NCBI GenBank assembly: GCA_009103225.1
Contig: RHPI01003516.1
Coordinates: forward strand, 86,062-150,061
Direction: 5' to 3'
Length of the DNA stretch: 64,000 nt
Source of the DNA: Chlorokybus atmophyticus
Taxonomy: Eukaryota; Plantae; Mesostigma and Chlorokybus algae
Under the pieces are notes generated by a model. The model was not told where the DNA came from. It was given only the letters and a program-made list of their open reading frames with translations, and ran no database searches. Each line of letters opens with the position of its first letter. Position 1 is the first letter of the stretch. This document shows positions 51,991 to 64,000 of this stretch, in pieces. The position numbers and the translations under genes were made by a program.

Positions 51991-54208
51991 AACAACCATT
52001 TCATATCTGGTGGACACTGGTTCTAATTCAGAAAGGGAGCTCAGCCTTAAAAAAGTGAGCAGCGCTGCGCGCAGAGATGAGAGGAGTCATCAGCAGCAGC
52101 AAACCCAACAGCAAGGCAGGGGGCAGTATCCTGGGCGCGACAGGAAGGGTCATGTTCGTTTTCATAAGGGATTTGGCTGTATGGCGAGCTCAGATTCACA
52201 AAGTGTGGAGCCAGCGACATATGAAGCACTCCTGAGGACTGATGCAGACAGCTGGCGTTAGGCAATGGATGAAGAGATAGCCTCGCTGCATGCCAATGTC
52301 AATGTCAATTAGCTAATGTCAATCAACATGGGAACTTGAACTTCCACTTGCAGGGGTCAAGCCTATTCCTGTCAAGTGGGTGTTCAAGGTGAAGAGGGAC
52401 GGCAATGGCAACATTGAAAGGTACAAGGCCAGATTAGTTGCCAAAGGGTTTCTGTAGGCAGAAGGAGTTGACTTCAATGAGGTGTTTGCACCGGCGGGGA
52501 AGTTGGCAACCTTCAGAGCTATGGTAGCATACAACCTAGAGTTCCATCACTTGGATGTCAAGCCATCTTGTGTCAGCATACAACCTAGAGTTCCATCACT
52601 TGGATGTCAAGCCATCTTTTCTGTATGGGGAGCTGGAAGAGAGATTGTACATTCAGCAACCAAGAGGGTATCCGGAGGGGCCACCTGGTACAGCGTGCGA
52701 ATGGGTGAAGGCATTGTATGGCTTGACGCAGGCACCATGGGTGTGGCATGCAAAACTGTGCAAACAGCTCCAAAAGCAGGGGTTTACTGCAAGTTTGGTA
52801 GATCCAAGCTTGTTCTACCACGAGAGCAAGCAAGTGTGGCTGTTGGTGTACGTGGACGACGTTTTAATTGCAGCGTCCGGAATGTCAGGGGTGCAGCGAG
52901 TGAAGACTCTGCTGCAGGCTGTGTTCGAGTGCAGAGACTTAAGCGAGACAACATACTTTCTCAACATGGTTGTCACCAGAGATTGAGCTGCTGGAACCAT
53001 CGCCATTACGCAAGAGCAAGCGGTGAAGCAGTTGGTGACAAATTTTGGTCTGGACAACGCGAATGTCAGAGAGGTGCCACTGAGCGTGGGAATTCAGTTG
53101 GTGAGAGCACTGGACAGTAACAAAGAGCTGGACAAGGCAAAGTATTCCTACTGCGAACTTGTGGGGAGCCTTTTCTACCTGTCCATAGCGTCTTGACCTG
53201 ACATTGCCCATGCTGTGGGACAATTGGCAAGGTACATGTCAGCTCCAACAATGCAGCATTGGTTAGCAGCAAAGGGAATACTGCGCCACATGTCAAGGAC
53301 AGCAACAATTGGCATCTGGTATGGGCGGGGCAACTAGGAGTTGCAAGGCTACTGTGATGCAGATTATGCTGGTGACCTAGATACCAAAAGGTCAACCACT
53401 GGATATGTCTTCAAGCTAAATGGTGGAGTGATTAGCTGGAACAGCAAGCTGCAACCAACAGTGGCAGCTTCCACCACAGAAGTAGAGTACATGGCCTCTG
53501 CAGCAGCGACAAAGGAGGCGTTGTGGCTTAGGATATTGCTAGGAGACCTTGGTCATCCATGTGGAAGCGTGGAGATGCGATGTGACAATCAAGGAGCAGT
53601 CAAGCTACTGAAGCACATCCCATTCTCTCGGCAAGGAGCAAGCACATTGATGTGCACCACCACTTTGTGAGAGACTGAGTGGCGAGGAATGAGATTGAGT
53701 TTGTTTTCTGTGGCACTGAAGAGATGCTGGATGACTTCATGACGAAGGGACTGCATGTGAAGAAGTTCAAGGCATGCTGTGAAGGATTGGGCATCGGGAC
53801 AGTGAAGATGAAGACAAAGAAGACCAAGTCCTAAATTCAGAGCTGGCCAAGCTGCCTGCGTGGGAGTGTGGAAAATACAGCATGTTATGCAGTGTTCTCT
53901 ACATGTATAGCATATGACACTTATGTGCTATTGTCCAGTCAGCTTAGCTAGCCCTATTGTAGCTTATTATGCTGGTACTTGATAAGATACTCATAGATTG
54001 CAGTTGTATGTATAAGATGCAAGCAGTTACGACTGGTACAGTCTAGTCTGCTCTTTGGTAAGACCCAGACTGAGGGCCCAGAGCGGACAGGCCGCGGGTT
54101 ATTGTTAATTCACTTCTCTGGTCGCTTCGTTGGCGGCGTAGCTCTGCTCTTACCACTGTGCTGTGTATGCTTGTTGTGCATGGTTGCATGCAGCATCTTT
54201 AGTCAACA
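51991..54208 (+). mobile_element. Copia C-family 3' half: RT, RNase H and 3' LTR
   Basis: 'YVDD' and '[20 protein letters not shown]' motifs, a PPT, and an LTR at 53867-54208. Confidence 0.88.
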
Positions 54209-54335
54209 CTTGTGATGCTGCTTGGAGAGAAGCCCATGGCGCGTTTGCGCTCACGTGCGTTGGGTTTCTCCAGCTGGCCTGTGTTGGAATCCAACACCAT
54301 GCCTGCGCCGTAGTTGCGGAAAGCATATGATTTCG
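54209..54335 (-). pseudogene. Fragment of a G-family methyltransferase domain
   Basis: 'SYAFRNYGAGMVLDSNTGQLEKPNARERKRAMGFSPSSIT' matches the G pol MTase C-terminus. Confidence 0.85.
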
Positions 54336-55170
54336 TGTTGAAGGTATTACATGGGTGATGCTTGTATCCGGTCAGCTTGCCCTTCATACAAGAGTCGAGG
54401 GTCGAAGGTACCAGGAAGAAGCGCGTGGACTCCAGGCTTAGCAAGACGGTCAAGTCATGACGGACTCCGGACCAGGCTGCTTGGTAGAGCCTTGGGAGAA
54501 ATCGCGTAGCTTTGTGAATACGTAAGCTTAGCAGGCGTGGCTTAGCTTGTTGAAAAGCTCTAGTTGTGAGGTAGACAGCATAGCTTACAGAACAGCAATC
54601 GGCTGAGTATAGCGCACGCGGTGCTTGCCAATGTAGACGTGTGTAGAGACTGGCGGGGTATAAAGCCCAGACTTGTTGCAATGAAAAAAAGAGGTCACGA
54701 TGTAGCATGTGTGCGGATGCTATGGCGGCAGTAGCAGTCATGCTCTTGTGTTGATGTTGTTGGCGTGTCACTTGCACGTGTGTATGTCAACAGGTTATGG
54801 GCCCACACATGCTTGTGTAGGTTGATGGAGTGTGTTACAATTGTATGTGTAGCTGTAGTTGCTTTGTGGTAGTGTGGGGTTGTGAGTTCTGTGAGCAGAG
54901 AGGGCAACCAACCAAGGCCACCAGCATGGACGGCTTGAAGATCGCAATTGGACTACTGGACGTTGACGACTACAACACTTGGAGTGTGAAGATGGAGCTA
55001 CTACTGGCCCACAAGGAAATGCGGAAGTACATGGACCAAGAGGAGGAGATGATGGAGATCTTCTGGTGACTGAAGAAGAGTACGTGAAGTACTTGGAAGA
55101 GGAGGCGTCCTTGATACGTGGGAGCTGAAGATGTCAGCTCGTGTTGCTGAGTGCGAGGAATACTTGGTGG
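54336..55170 (+). mobile_element. Copia D: 5' LTR, PBS and gag start, interrupted by a CACAC element
   Basis: LTR 54336-54792 (TGTTGA...TCAACA), GGTTATGGGCCCAC, and 'LDVDDYNTWSVKMELLL'. Confidence 0.85.
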
Positions 55171-57024
55171 CACACCGATTGACGTCAAAGGACCATAAAT
55201 GGTCCGTACCCTCGAACCGGGATTTTCCCCTGCTAAGTGAATTCCGTGGACCATGTCTGGTTGGACTGTCATTGACAGTCCGACCATGCATGGTCCAAAA
55301 CTCACGTGAACGGTCCCATGTTTTTTTGGGGTCGCACCATGTCTGGTCCGGCCTGTTTACGGTCGCGTCAGGACCAGGTACGAGCCAGTCAGCGGACCAG
55401 GGATTTAACAATAACATTTAGTTTAACAATCATTACTGGTCCGGCCAGCGGACCATTGACCGCAATATTTATTCATAAGCATCAGATGTAATGCAAATGA
55501 CGGAAAAGTGCTCTTGAGCCGGCAGCACCGGCCACGCCCGACCTGCGGGGCCGCAGGCTGCAGCGCACGAGGCCGCGGCGTCTTAGAAATGTTTAGTGAA
55601 ACGCATGCATCCACCGAGAGTCGAACCCAAGACCTTTGGAGTACGAACACGACAACCTAACCACTAAGCTACATGTGCACGTACCGGTAGGGACGGTGCA
55701 GTACTTGCATAATAGACTGTACCGACGGCCGCTTGGCGACTGTCGGCGGCGGAAATTGCACAGGAAGTCGGCGTTGTGAATTGACAGGCCCATAGGCAGT
55801 GCATGCGCTATCAATGTGCATAGGCTGTACCAGTATCAATCCACGGTATCACATTATTTTTCGTCATTATTGATGACACAGGCAGCCGCAACTCGGCGGC
55901 TGCCAAGGTGTGTAAACTGCAATGATTTGTTGGGGGCTGCTCATGAGTATGTAACCTTGTTTGGGGTTGTCAATATCCTGCTTGCGTGCGCACACACACT
56001 TCATGTGTATATATGTAAACATTCGTATATATATACATATACACGTTTACATGATATAAATACGAAACGACGAGCATTGCGGCACTACTGTAGGTATCTA
56101 TTGGCTGATTGGACACAATGTTTGGTCGGGGCTGTCAATCATTCTGCGGTCTCATAAGAGGCTATTTTAACAAGTGACGTGACTTATGTATACTTTTTAT
56201 ACGTATGTTTACATGAGACATACCTTGTACACGGCTCACCCCATAATACGGCTGATATAGCCATTTAATATGCTTATAAAGTTTAGATCCATTTGTGCAC
56301 ACGCTAACATTCATATATATATGTATCATATGTTATACATTAAATGGTTGTATATACGCAGATACTTGGATAAACGCATAGAACATGTTAATGGTGCATG
56401 TTCACAGATATTTGCAAATACACGTACGGTACTATGAAGTATGTTAATTGCATAGACAGCCCCTTACAGCTTAGTTGACAGCCGGCCGGCTGTCAATCAG
56501 CTGCCGACCATTTGCGGCTATCCACTTGCGGCTGTCCACGGTGTATAGCCGACAGTCGGTGCGGCTGTCGGCTATGCACGCCGTCAATTAACACGTTAAG
56601 TGCACTTGTGCAATCAGGCAGTTAGGCAACCTATTGTACCTTACGTAGGTTGCTGCTACCTACTCATGATAGCGGCAGGGCCGCGGTCACTGGTCCGTGT
56701 TGCACCGTACGTAGTGCGGCGCGAACCCGTGCGGCACCATGTACGGTGCATGCTGTAGGGCCACAGGACTGCGGGACCGCACCTGGTCCGCATTCAAGGG
56801 CCAGCGTACAGTACTGGTTCGTGCCGCACCATAAAAGGTGCGGCACGGACCATGCGTGGTGCGCGTCGCCGCGCCAGCCCTTCACGGTCCGCGGGGCCCC
56901 GAACGGACCAGGAACGGTCCGTCCCCCGCGGACCAGGCAGTCCTGGCCCGCGGGGGACGGATCATGCATGGTCCGCGGGGTCCGTGAAAGGACCATGCAT
57001 GGTCCTTCAACGTCAAGCCGTGTG
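55171..57024 (+). mobile_element. Non-autonomous CACAC element, copy 1 (1.85 kb)
   Basis: Imperfect TIRs CACACCGATTGACGTCAAAGGACC / CACACGGCTTGACGTTGAAGGACC, GGWCC subterminal arrays, and no ORF. Confidence 0.88.
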
Positions 57025-57073
57025 TTACCACGGGTTGCCTCTCGCATTCCTTAAAGCGCTTCACCACGCTCCA

Positions 57074-58934
57074 CACACGGCTTGACGTTGAAGGACCATG
57101 CATGGTCCTTTCACGGACCCCGCGGACCATGCATAGTCCGTACCCCACGGGCCAGGACTGCCTGGTCCGCGGGGGACGGACCGTTCCTGGTCCGTTCGGG
57201 GCCCCGCGGCCCGTGAAGGGCTGGCGCGGCGACGCGCACCACGCATGGTCCGTGCCGCACCATCCATGGTGCGGCACGAACCAGTACTGTACGCTGGCCC
57301 TTGAATGCGGACCAGGTGCGGTCCCGCAGTCCTGTGGCCCTATTAGCATGCACCGTACATGGTGCCGCACGGTCCGCGCCGTACTATGTACGGTGCAGCA
57401 CGGACCAGTGACCGCGGCCCTGCCGCTATCATGAGTAGCAGCAACCTACGTAAGGTACAATAGATTGCCTAACTGCCTGATTGCACAAGTGCACTTAACG
57501 TGTTCATTGACGGCGTGTATAGCCGACAGCCGCACCGACTGTCGGCTATACACCGTGGACAGCCGCAAGTGGATAGCCGCAAATGGTCGGCGGCTGATTG
57601 ACAGCCGGCCGGCTGTCAACTAAGCTGTAAGGGGCTGTCTATGCAATTAACATACTTCATAGTACCGTACGTGTATTTGCAAAAATCTGTGAACATGCAC
57701 CATTAACATGTTCTATGCGTTTATCTAAGTATCTACGTATATATAAACATTGGATATATATCATATGATACATATATATATGAATGTTAGCGTGTGCACA
57801 AATGGATCTAAATCTTATAAGCATTTTAAATGGCTATATCAGCCATATTATGGGGTGAGCCGTGTAGAAGGTATGTTTCATGTAAACATACGTATAAGAA
57901 GTATGCATAAGTCACGTCACTTAAATTAAAATAGCCTCTTATGAGACCGCAAAATGATTGACAGCCCCGACCAAATATTGTGTCCAATCAGCCAGTAGAT
58001 ACCTACATTAGTGCCGCAATGCTCGTCGTTTCGTATTTATATCATGTAAACGTGTATATGTATATATGTACGAATGTTTACATATGTACACATGTAGGTG
58101 TGTGTATGCGCACGCAAGCAGGATATTGACAACCCCAAACAAGGTTACATACTCATGAGCAGCCCCCAACAAAGCATTGTAGTTTACACACCTTGGCAGC
58201 CGCCGAGTTGCGGCTGCCTGTGTCATCAATAATGACGTAAAATAATGTGATACCGTGGATTAATACTGGTACAGCCTATGCACATTGATAGCGCATGCAC
58301 TGCCTATGGGCCTGTCAATTCACAACGCCGACTTCCTGTGCAATTTCCGCCGCCGACAGTCGCCAAGCGGCCGTCGGTACAGTCTATTATGCAAGTACTG
58401 CACCGTCCCTACCGGTACGTGCACATGTAGCTTAGTGGTTAGGGTGTCGTGTTTGTATTCCAAAGATCTTGGGTTCGACTCTCGGTGGATGCATGCGTTC
58501 TTCACTAATCATGTCTAAGACGCTGCGGCCTCGTGCGCTGCAGCCTGCGGCCCCGCAGGTCGGGCGTGGCCGGTGCTGCCGGCTCAAGATAGAGCACTTT
58601 TCCGTCATTTGCATTACATCTGATGCTTATGAATAAATATTGCGGTCAATGGTCCGCTGGCCGGACCAGTAATAATTGTTAAACTAAATATTTTTGTTAA
58701 GTCCCTGGTCCGCTGACTGGCTCGTACCTGGTCCTGACGCGACCGTAAACAGGCCGGACCAGACATGATGCGACCCCAAAAAAACATGGGACCGTTCATG
58801 TGAGTTTTGGACCATGCATGGTCAGACTGTCAATGACAGTCCAACCAGACATGGTCCACGGAATTCACTTAGCAGGGGAAAATCCCGGTTCGAGGGTACG
58901 GACCATTTATGGTCCTTTGACGTCAATCGATGTG
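57074..58934 (-). mobile_element. Non-autonomous CACAC element, copy 2, inverted relative to copy 1
   Basis: Reverse-complement homolog of 55171-57024 over its whole length, separated by a 49-bp spacer. Confidence 0.88.
58421..58493 (+). other. 73-nt tRNA-like segment with Pol III A and B boxes (also at 55606-55678 and 62474-62546 on minus)
   Basis: A box TAGCTTAGTGG, B box GGTTCGACTC and a T-arm that pairs. The anticodon stem does not pair. Confidence 0.65.
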
Positions 58935-61900
58935 CTGGTGTTGTTCCAGGACCGCTGCTTGGTCCTTGTAGAGAGGGAACCGTGAAATGAGCCGTGGTCT
59001 GGTCAGTAGTAGATGTGCGACCACCTGTGCGCGCCAGCGGCGTTTCAATGGCATCTGCCTGAGACTCGTCGTATAGGACAGGAGAGTCTTGGTTTGAGTT
59101 GTGGGTGACCACCGTAGATGATCTGTTTATGGTTGTCGAACCCGAACTATAGGTGGCTGTCGCAATTGACCTGTTGTTGGTTGCCGATAACGCCTTGTGG
59201 GTGGCTGTTGCAGCTAACCTCCGGTGGGAACGATTGCGAGCCACCAGCTCGAAAGGCAGATATCCTTGAACCCCTTCTCATCTCAATGAGGACGAAACCA
59301 TGCCTTCTCTGTCCAGCGGTCTAGCCCCATACCAACAGGGAAATTGAAGTCATGTCCCAGCAACAGGTCGAAGGATCCTGCGTCGATGACCACACACTTC
59401 TGTATGACCTCGGTGCTGTGGGACGGGTCCACTCCTGTCAAGCGAATGCTGAGGGCTTGCTTGGTGATGCCAATCACCTTGTCGCAGCTGCCGGTTGCGG
59501 TGTCGAGTATGTATGGGCACGGCATCAGCTCAGCGCTGGTGATGCCAAGATCGCGTGCGAGGTAACGTCCGATGATAACAGGCTGGGCTCCAGAGTCCAG
59601 CATTACACGCTTGAGTGCTCGTCTATTAATAGTGACATGCTTGCGCTGGTTGGCGATCATGGCTGCGTTGGCGTGGATGCGCAGCCGCTTGAATCATTGG
59701 TAGCGTGTGCGTGGGGTGTCTGCTGCTGCAGTCTCCTCCGGTGGTGTCGAGCGCAGTGCGGCAAGCGCCCCTCGACCAACTGGGTCTCGAGCACCTCCTT
59801 GACCGCGGCCTGGCCCGAACCGTCCTTGTCTTGGTTGTTGATACACACGATGTGGCCTAGGTGCTGGCGGTGCTGGCTGTGGCTGCCCTGGTTGCGGCGC
59901 AGGGGGATTGCGCCTCTGTGTGGCCGGGGTCATTCCTGGCGGCATAGCTAGTAGCTGTTGGGGAAACCCTGGAGTACCGGGTGTTGTGGGCCCGCCTCTT
60001 GTGCAGCCTGTTCTTCCACGTAAGTTTAGCATACTGCATGAGCTGCCTCCCTGACCAGTGTACCTTCCCATGTGGCTGTTGGGTTGTTAACCACGTCACT
60101 CCAGAGGTGATTCTGAGGCATGGGCTAGAGATACACTGCGCGCGGGAGCCGCGCTCTTATATCGTGGGTGATGGTGGGAACCCTTAAGATCCCTGCCATA
60201 TAGGCATCCCATCTGCCGTTGACCACTCCCACTTCCAACACCGTTGTTGCTCGCGCCCGCACAATGAGGTAAATCTCTCTGGCTGTTGGACATGATGCTC
60301 ATGAGCAGCTGCAATGCGTCTGCTTTGCCGCGCTACTTTCACCCCTGGCGACCTCAGTATGGCCTCTTGTGCTCCTTCTAAAGGTTAGAAGGAGCACAAG
60401 AGGCCATACTGAGGTCGCCAGGGGTGGAGTGTCGGTGGTTGCCAAGGCAACCTCATCATAGGCTTGCCGTAGTAATTGCAGGAAGGCGTCCAACCAGAAC
60501 AATCTGCTGCCGAAGGCGAACAGGGAAACTGCGGGGTGATTGGTAACTAGCCAAGTCACCAGTCTTGCTCGAGCTGCATTATCACCTTATTGCATTCCCA
60601 ACATCCGCCTCAGGCCGATGCCTTCTCGTTGGTGCAGCATCGTTGCTTGTCGCAATAAGGCAGTGCGAAGTTGCTGTTCCCGGATTGAACCTGCTCCATC
60701 TTGTTGTGTCCACTTTTGCGTTGTGAGGTAGCCTCTCCCTGGATCCTGTTGATCGACAGGCAAGTCTTCCAACAAGGCGGGTAGCAGCGGGGCGATCACC
60801 CCCCTGGTTGGTTGGGCTAGCGTCCTCGTCTGGTCATTGTCGGGCCCACCGACGAGAGGTGCCGTACTAGATGATGAGCCAGCAATTGTGAGTTGAAAAA
60901 TGCCAGCGCGAGCGTTGGCAAGAGCGTGTGCTCTTGCATTGATTGCTGCTGCTTGTAACTGTCGCCAGGTGAACTCTTGTTCCAGCGCGGTGTAGCACTC
61001 ATGAAGTCGAACGGTATTGAGGGGCCTCAGTGCTTCGTTGTCACCCAGAGGCATGTCGGTTGTATCAGCGATATGCTGCTGTACATTGGGTTGCCGGTCT
61101 CAATACGTGTCCAGTGGGCTGGGTTCAAAGGGTTCATGACGAACTAGTGCGGGTTGGCGTGACACCGTCTGCATGTCGTTGTGCACAGTTCAGAACAACT
61201 GTAGTGCCAACTCCAGTACAACAGGTGCTCTGACTACAAAGACACGGTCTCGCATTGCCGTGCCAGCGAGGATTTCATCCTCCAGTTGCCGCTGAGTCTT
61301 GTCTGGCAACGTGTGATATTTAAGCAGTGGGAAGACTCGGTCACTGCGTTTAATGCGTGTTGTGCGCTCCCCTCCGCGCCCAAAAGCAATGGTAGTGGGA
61401 TTTGCTCCACACATGATGGTCTCTCAAGCACGCTCAGCTTGCTGACCTCGTGGGACAGCTTGTGTGACGTCGAGGGCGGGTAATGTAGCTGCGCGTGTCA
61501 CTGCAGTGGCAGCATGCTCGACGATGGCACTGCCGGTGGTGGCGAGAGTGCCGCTCAATGGCGCGAGGGTGGTCTCAATGCTTGCTGACATGTGTGTGGT
61601 CTTGCAGTTGGAGCGGGACCGGTGCGACCTACTGCTGCAGGGTCGGTGACAGCAGTGGCTGTTGCCCTCGTGCTCACAAGTGTTGGCGTTATGGTGCTCA
61701 CTGGTATACCAACTTCTGGTGAAATTGGAGCAGCTGCTGCTGACGTTGACGGAGTCGCCATCGTAGCCAGTGTTATTGTTGCTGTTGGTGCAATACTACT
61801 AATGGCTTCAGAGGAGGTGGCTGCTGACGATGTTGCGGCTCCCCCCCTCGAACTCGCCGGGATGGTTAAATGCGCGACGGAGTGCTGATGTTTCGTGCGC

Positions 61901-62032
61901 TTGGGAGCCATTAATGCCCACCGGGCAGAGTAACAGGCGCGGTAGTCCTGCTCCTTGTCTTCCTTCAAGCGTGCCATACGCGCCATGAGGGCAGCCATAT
62001 GGTCATCGGCTGGCGGTTTGGCTGGAGCCTTG
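58935..62032 (-). pseudogene. G-family copy 4: middle polyprotein including protease, decayed
   Basis: 'DDHMAALMARMARL', 'LRTALLRQATMLH' and 'VMLDSGAQPVIIGRYLARDLG' are colinear with 21173-24520. Confidence 0.9.
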
Positions 62033-62701
62033 CACACCGATTGACGTCAAAGGACCATAAATGGTCCGTACCCTCGAACCGGGATTTTCCCCTGCTAAGT
62101 GAATTCCGTGGACCATGTCTGGTCGGACTGTCAATGACAGTCCGACCATGCATGGTCCAAAACTCACGTGAACGGTCCCATGTTTTTTTGGGGTCGCACC
62201 ATGTCTGGTCCGGCCTGTTTACGGTCGCGTCAGGACCAGGTACGAGCCAGTTAGCGGACCAGGGACTTAATAAAAACATTTAGTTTAAGAATCATTACTG
62301 GTCCGGCTAGCGGACCATTGACCGCAATATTTATTCATAAGCATCAGATGTAATGCAAATGACGGAAATGTGCTCTATCTTGAGCCGGCAGCACCGGCCA
62401 CGCCCAACCTGCGGGGCCGCAGGCTGCAGCGCACGAGGCCGCGGCGTCTTAGAAATGATTAGTGAGGAGCGCATACATCCACCGAAAGGCGAACCCAAGA
62501 CCTTTGGAATACAAACACGACACCCTAACCACTAAGCTACATGTGCACGTACCGGTAGAGACGATGCAGTGTTTGCATAATAGACTGTACCGACGGCCGC
62601 TTGGCGACTGTCGGCGGCGGAAATTGCACAGGAAGTCGGCATTGTGAATTGACAGGCCCATAGGCAGTGCATGCGCTATCAATGTGCATAGGCTGTACAG
62701 T
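62033..62701 (+). mobile_element. CACAC element, long L arm
   Basis: Starts CACACCGATTGACGTC, is colinear with 55171-55834, then diverges into unique sequence. Confidence 0.85.
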
Positions 62702-63159
62702 GTTAACTAGGATGGAGGCTGAAAGGTCATCACCCATTTCTGCTTGGGATATGCGGCGGGTTGTTTTTAGTTCAGGGTCTGTTCAGACCATGCGATATGC
62801 GGCGGGTGTTTTTCCCGTTGTTTAAGGTTGTCTCCTGGCGCAGTGACCTGCGACGTCTGGTCGGGGGCGTTTGTGGCGGTGGCGGCGGCGGCGGCCGCGG
62901 CGGGGGCGGTTGTGACGTTGTATCGTTGTAGGGATGTTGGAGGGTTGTTTGTGCTAGGGTTGACGTGTTACACTTGGTGTCAAGGGGATAGGTCTGTTCA
63001 GTTAGTTTAGGTGTGTGGAGCATAGTTGTAGTGACTGGTGGTATGTTGCAGCTTCGGGGCGGCGTGTGAAGGTATGGTATCTGGTGGTGAATGGTTTCAT
63101 TACACATAAGGTAGTTTGTATCTTGCATTTATTGTGGAAGATGGTTCGCAGGTGCTGTC

Positions 63160-64000
63160 ATGGCCTCATTTTGCGAATGGGGTTGTCTTTTTTGCCGGTC
63201 CAATGTGAGAGAGGGTGATATCTTCAAAGTGCGTCAGCATGTGCAGACTGCTACCTGCCGTTACTTCCGTATGCGGTTTCATGGAGGGGGCGAGGAGTCT
63301 GTTGATGATATGAAAATTTTAGCTAAGGCTATTGTTGTTGCAATTCAAGTGAGTATGAACGAACTCTGATGTATTACCTTTTGGCCTTGCCTGGCACATG
63401 CTATCATCTGTATGCTTTGTCAGGCGGGAAAGCGCCCTCCTCATGCATCTCCATTGGAGCGGTCCTTTATGAAACAGCCAGATTTTGTAGGTGTTGCTAT
63501 TGTCTTGGTGTTTTGATTTGTTTAATGTGCCATTGTTGATTCACTATGGTTGTAGTGTGGTGTTACTTGGGCTCGAGCTAAGCGCGCCTTCAAGGTTTGT
63601 ATCTTGTGTTGTGTGTTGTGTGCACTGTGTATGTGCTAATTTTGTGAGTGGAATGGTTGCAGGGCAAAGAAGCTGAAGTTGCTTTAGATTCTGTGGTGGA
63701 GGGGGTTGATGGTGGCATTGCTTTGATGGTTGCACCATCTGCACCGCTAGAGCTGCTTGCGGCTAACTCAGTAAGTGTATGGTGTGCGTGTTTGTTTGGT
63801 TTTGTTGTTGTGGCTAACTTAGCAAGTGTATGGTGTGTGTGCTTCTAGTAACCAGGTTTTGTTTATTTTCAAGGTTCATGAGCAACCTGCAGCTTGTGGG
63901 GGTGAAGTGCGACAGCTGCGTCAGAAGATAAATGACATGGTTGAGAGTTGGGAAGTGTCAAGTTTGATGATGCAGGAACAGCTTGACGTTTGTGAGCAGG
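63160..64000 (+). CDS. Multi-exon gene of unknown function running off the window, inside the long CACAC arm
   Basis: Putative phase-0 exons 63160-63348, 63424-63486, 63663-63770 and 63874-end, with GT-AG introns and an open spliced frame. N-terminal C-x3-C-x2-C...H-x5-C cluster. Confidence 0.5.

Noticed and set aside
47078-51995. TSD for copia B
   Set aside because: Flanks GCCAT and AACAA do not match, and the two sides belong to different copia fragments, so later rearrangement is likely.
55171-55460. Regularly recurring GGACC/GGTCC motifs as a CRISPR-like array
   Set aside because: Only 5-bp motifs with irregular spacing in a eukaryotic transposon end; no repeat-spacer structure.

Overview
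Eukaryotic, repeat-dense window made almost entirely of nested transposable elements. A green-algal or streptophyte origin is inferred, not shown. Contents: (i) five Ty1/copia elements or fragments, one complete with a CTTCA TSD; (ii) a Ty3/gypsy-type family, called G here, whose single polyprotein carries gag, protease, a C5 cytosine methyltransferase, RT, RNase H, DDE integrase and a PHD finger; (iii) three TRIMs and a solo LTR; (iv) a CACAC-terminated (EnSpm/CACTA-like) DNA element, present as a 1.85-kb inverted pair and as two longer arms. Inside one long arm lie a Helitron-type RepHel pseudogene, a 3-exon unknown gene, a GIY-YIG nuclease and a KDM3/JMJD1-type JmjC gene fragment. The most unusual signal is that family G has no conventional LTR pair. 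The complete copy (16879-27120, 4-bp TSD) has two different ends, A and B, that share only a 14-bp direct repeat. A second copy ends in B-A-B, the split-direct-repeat layout known from tyrosine-recombinase retroelements, although G encodes a DDE integrase. All domain calls are motif recognition by eye; no database search was run.
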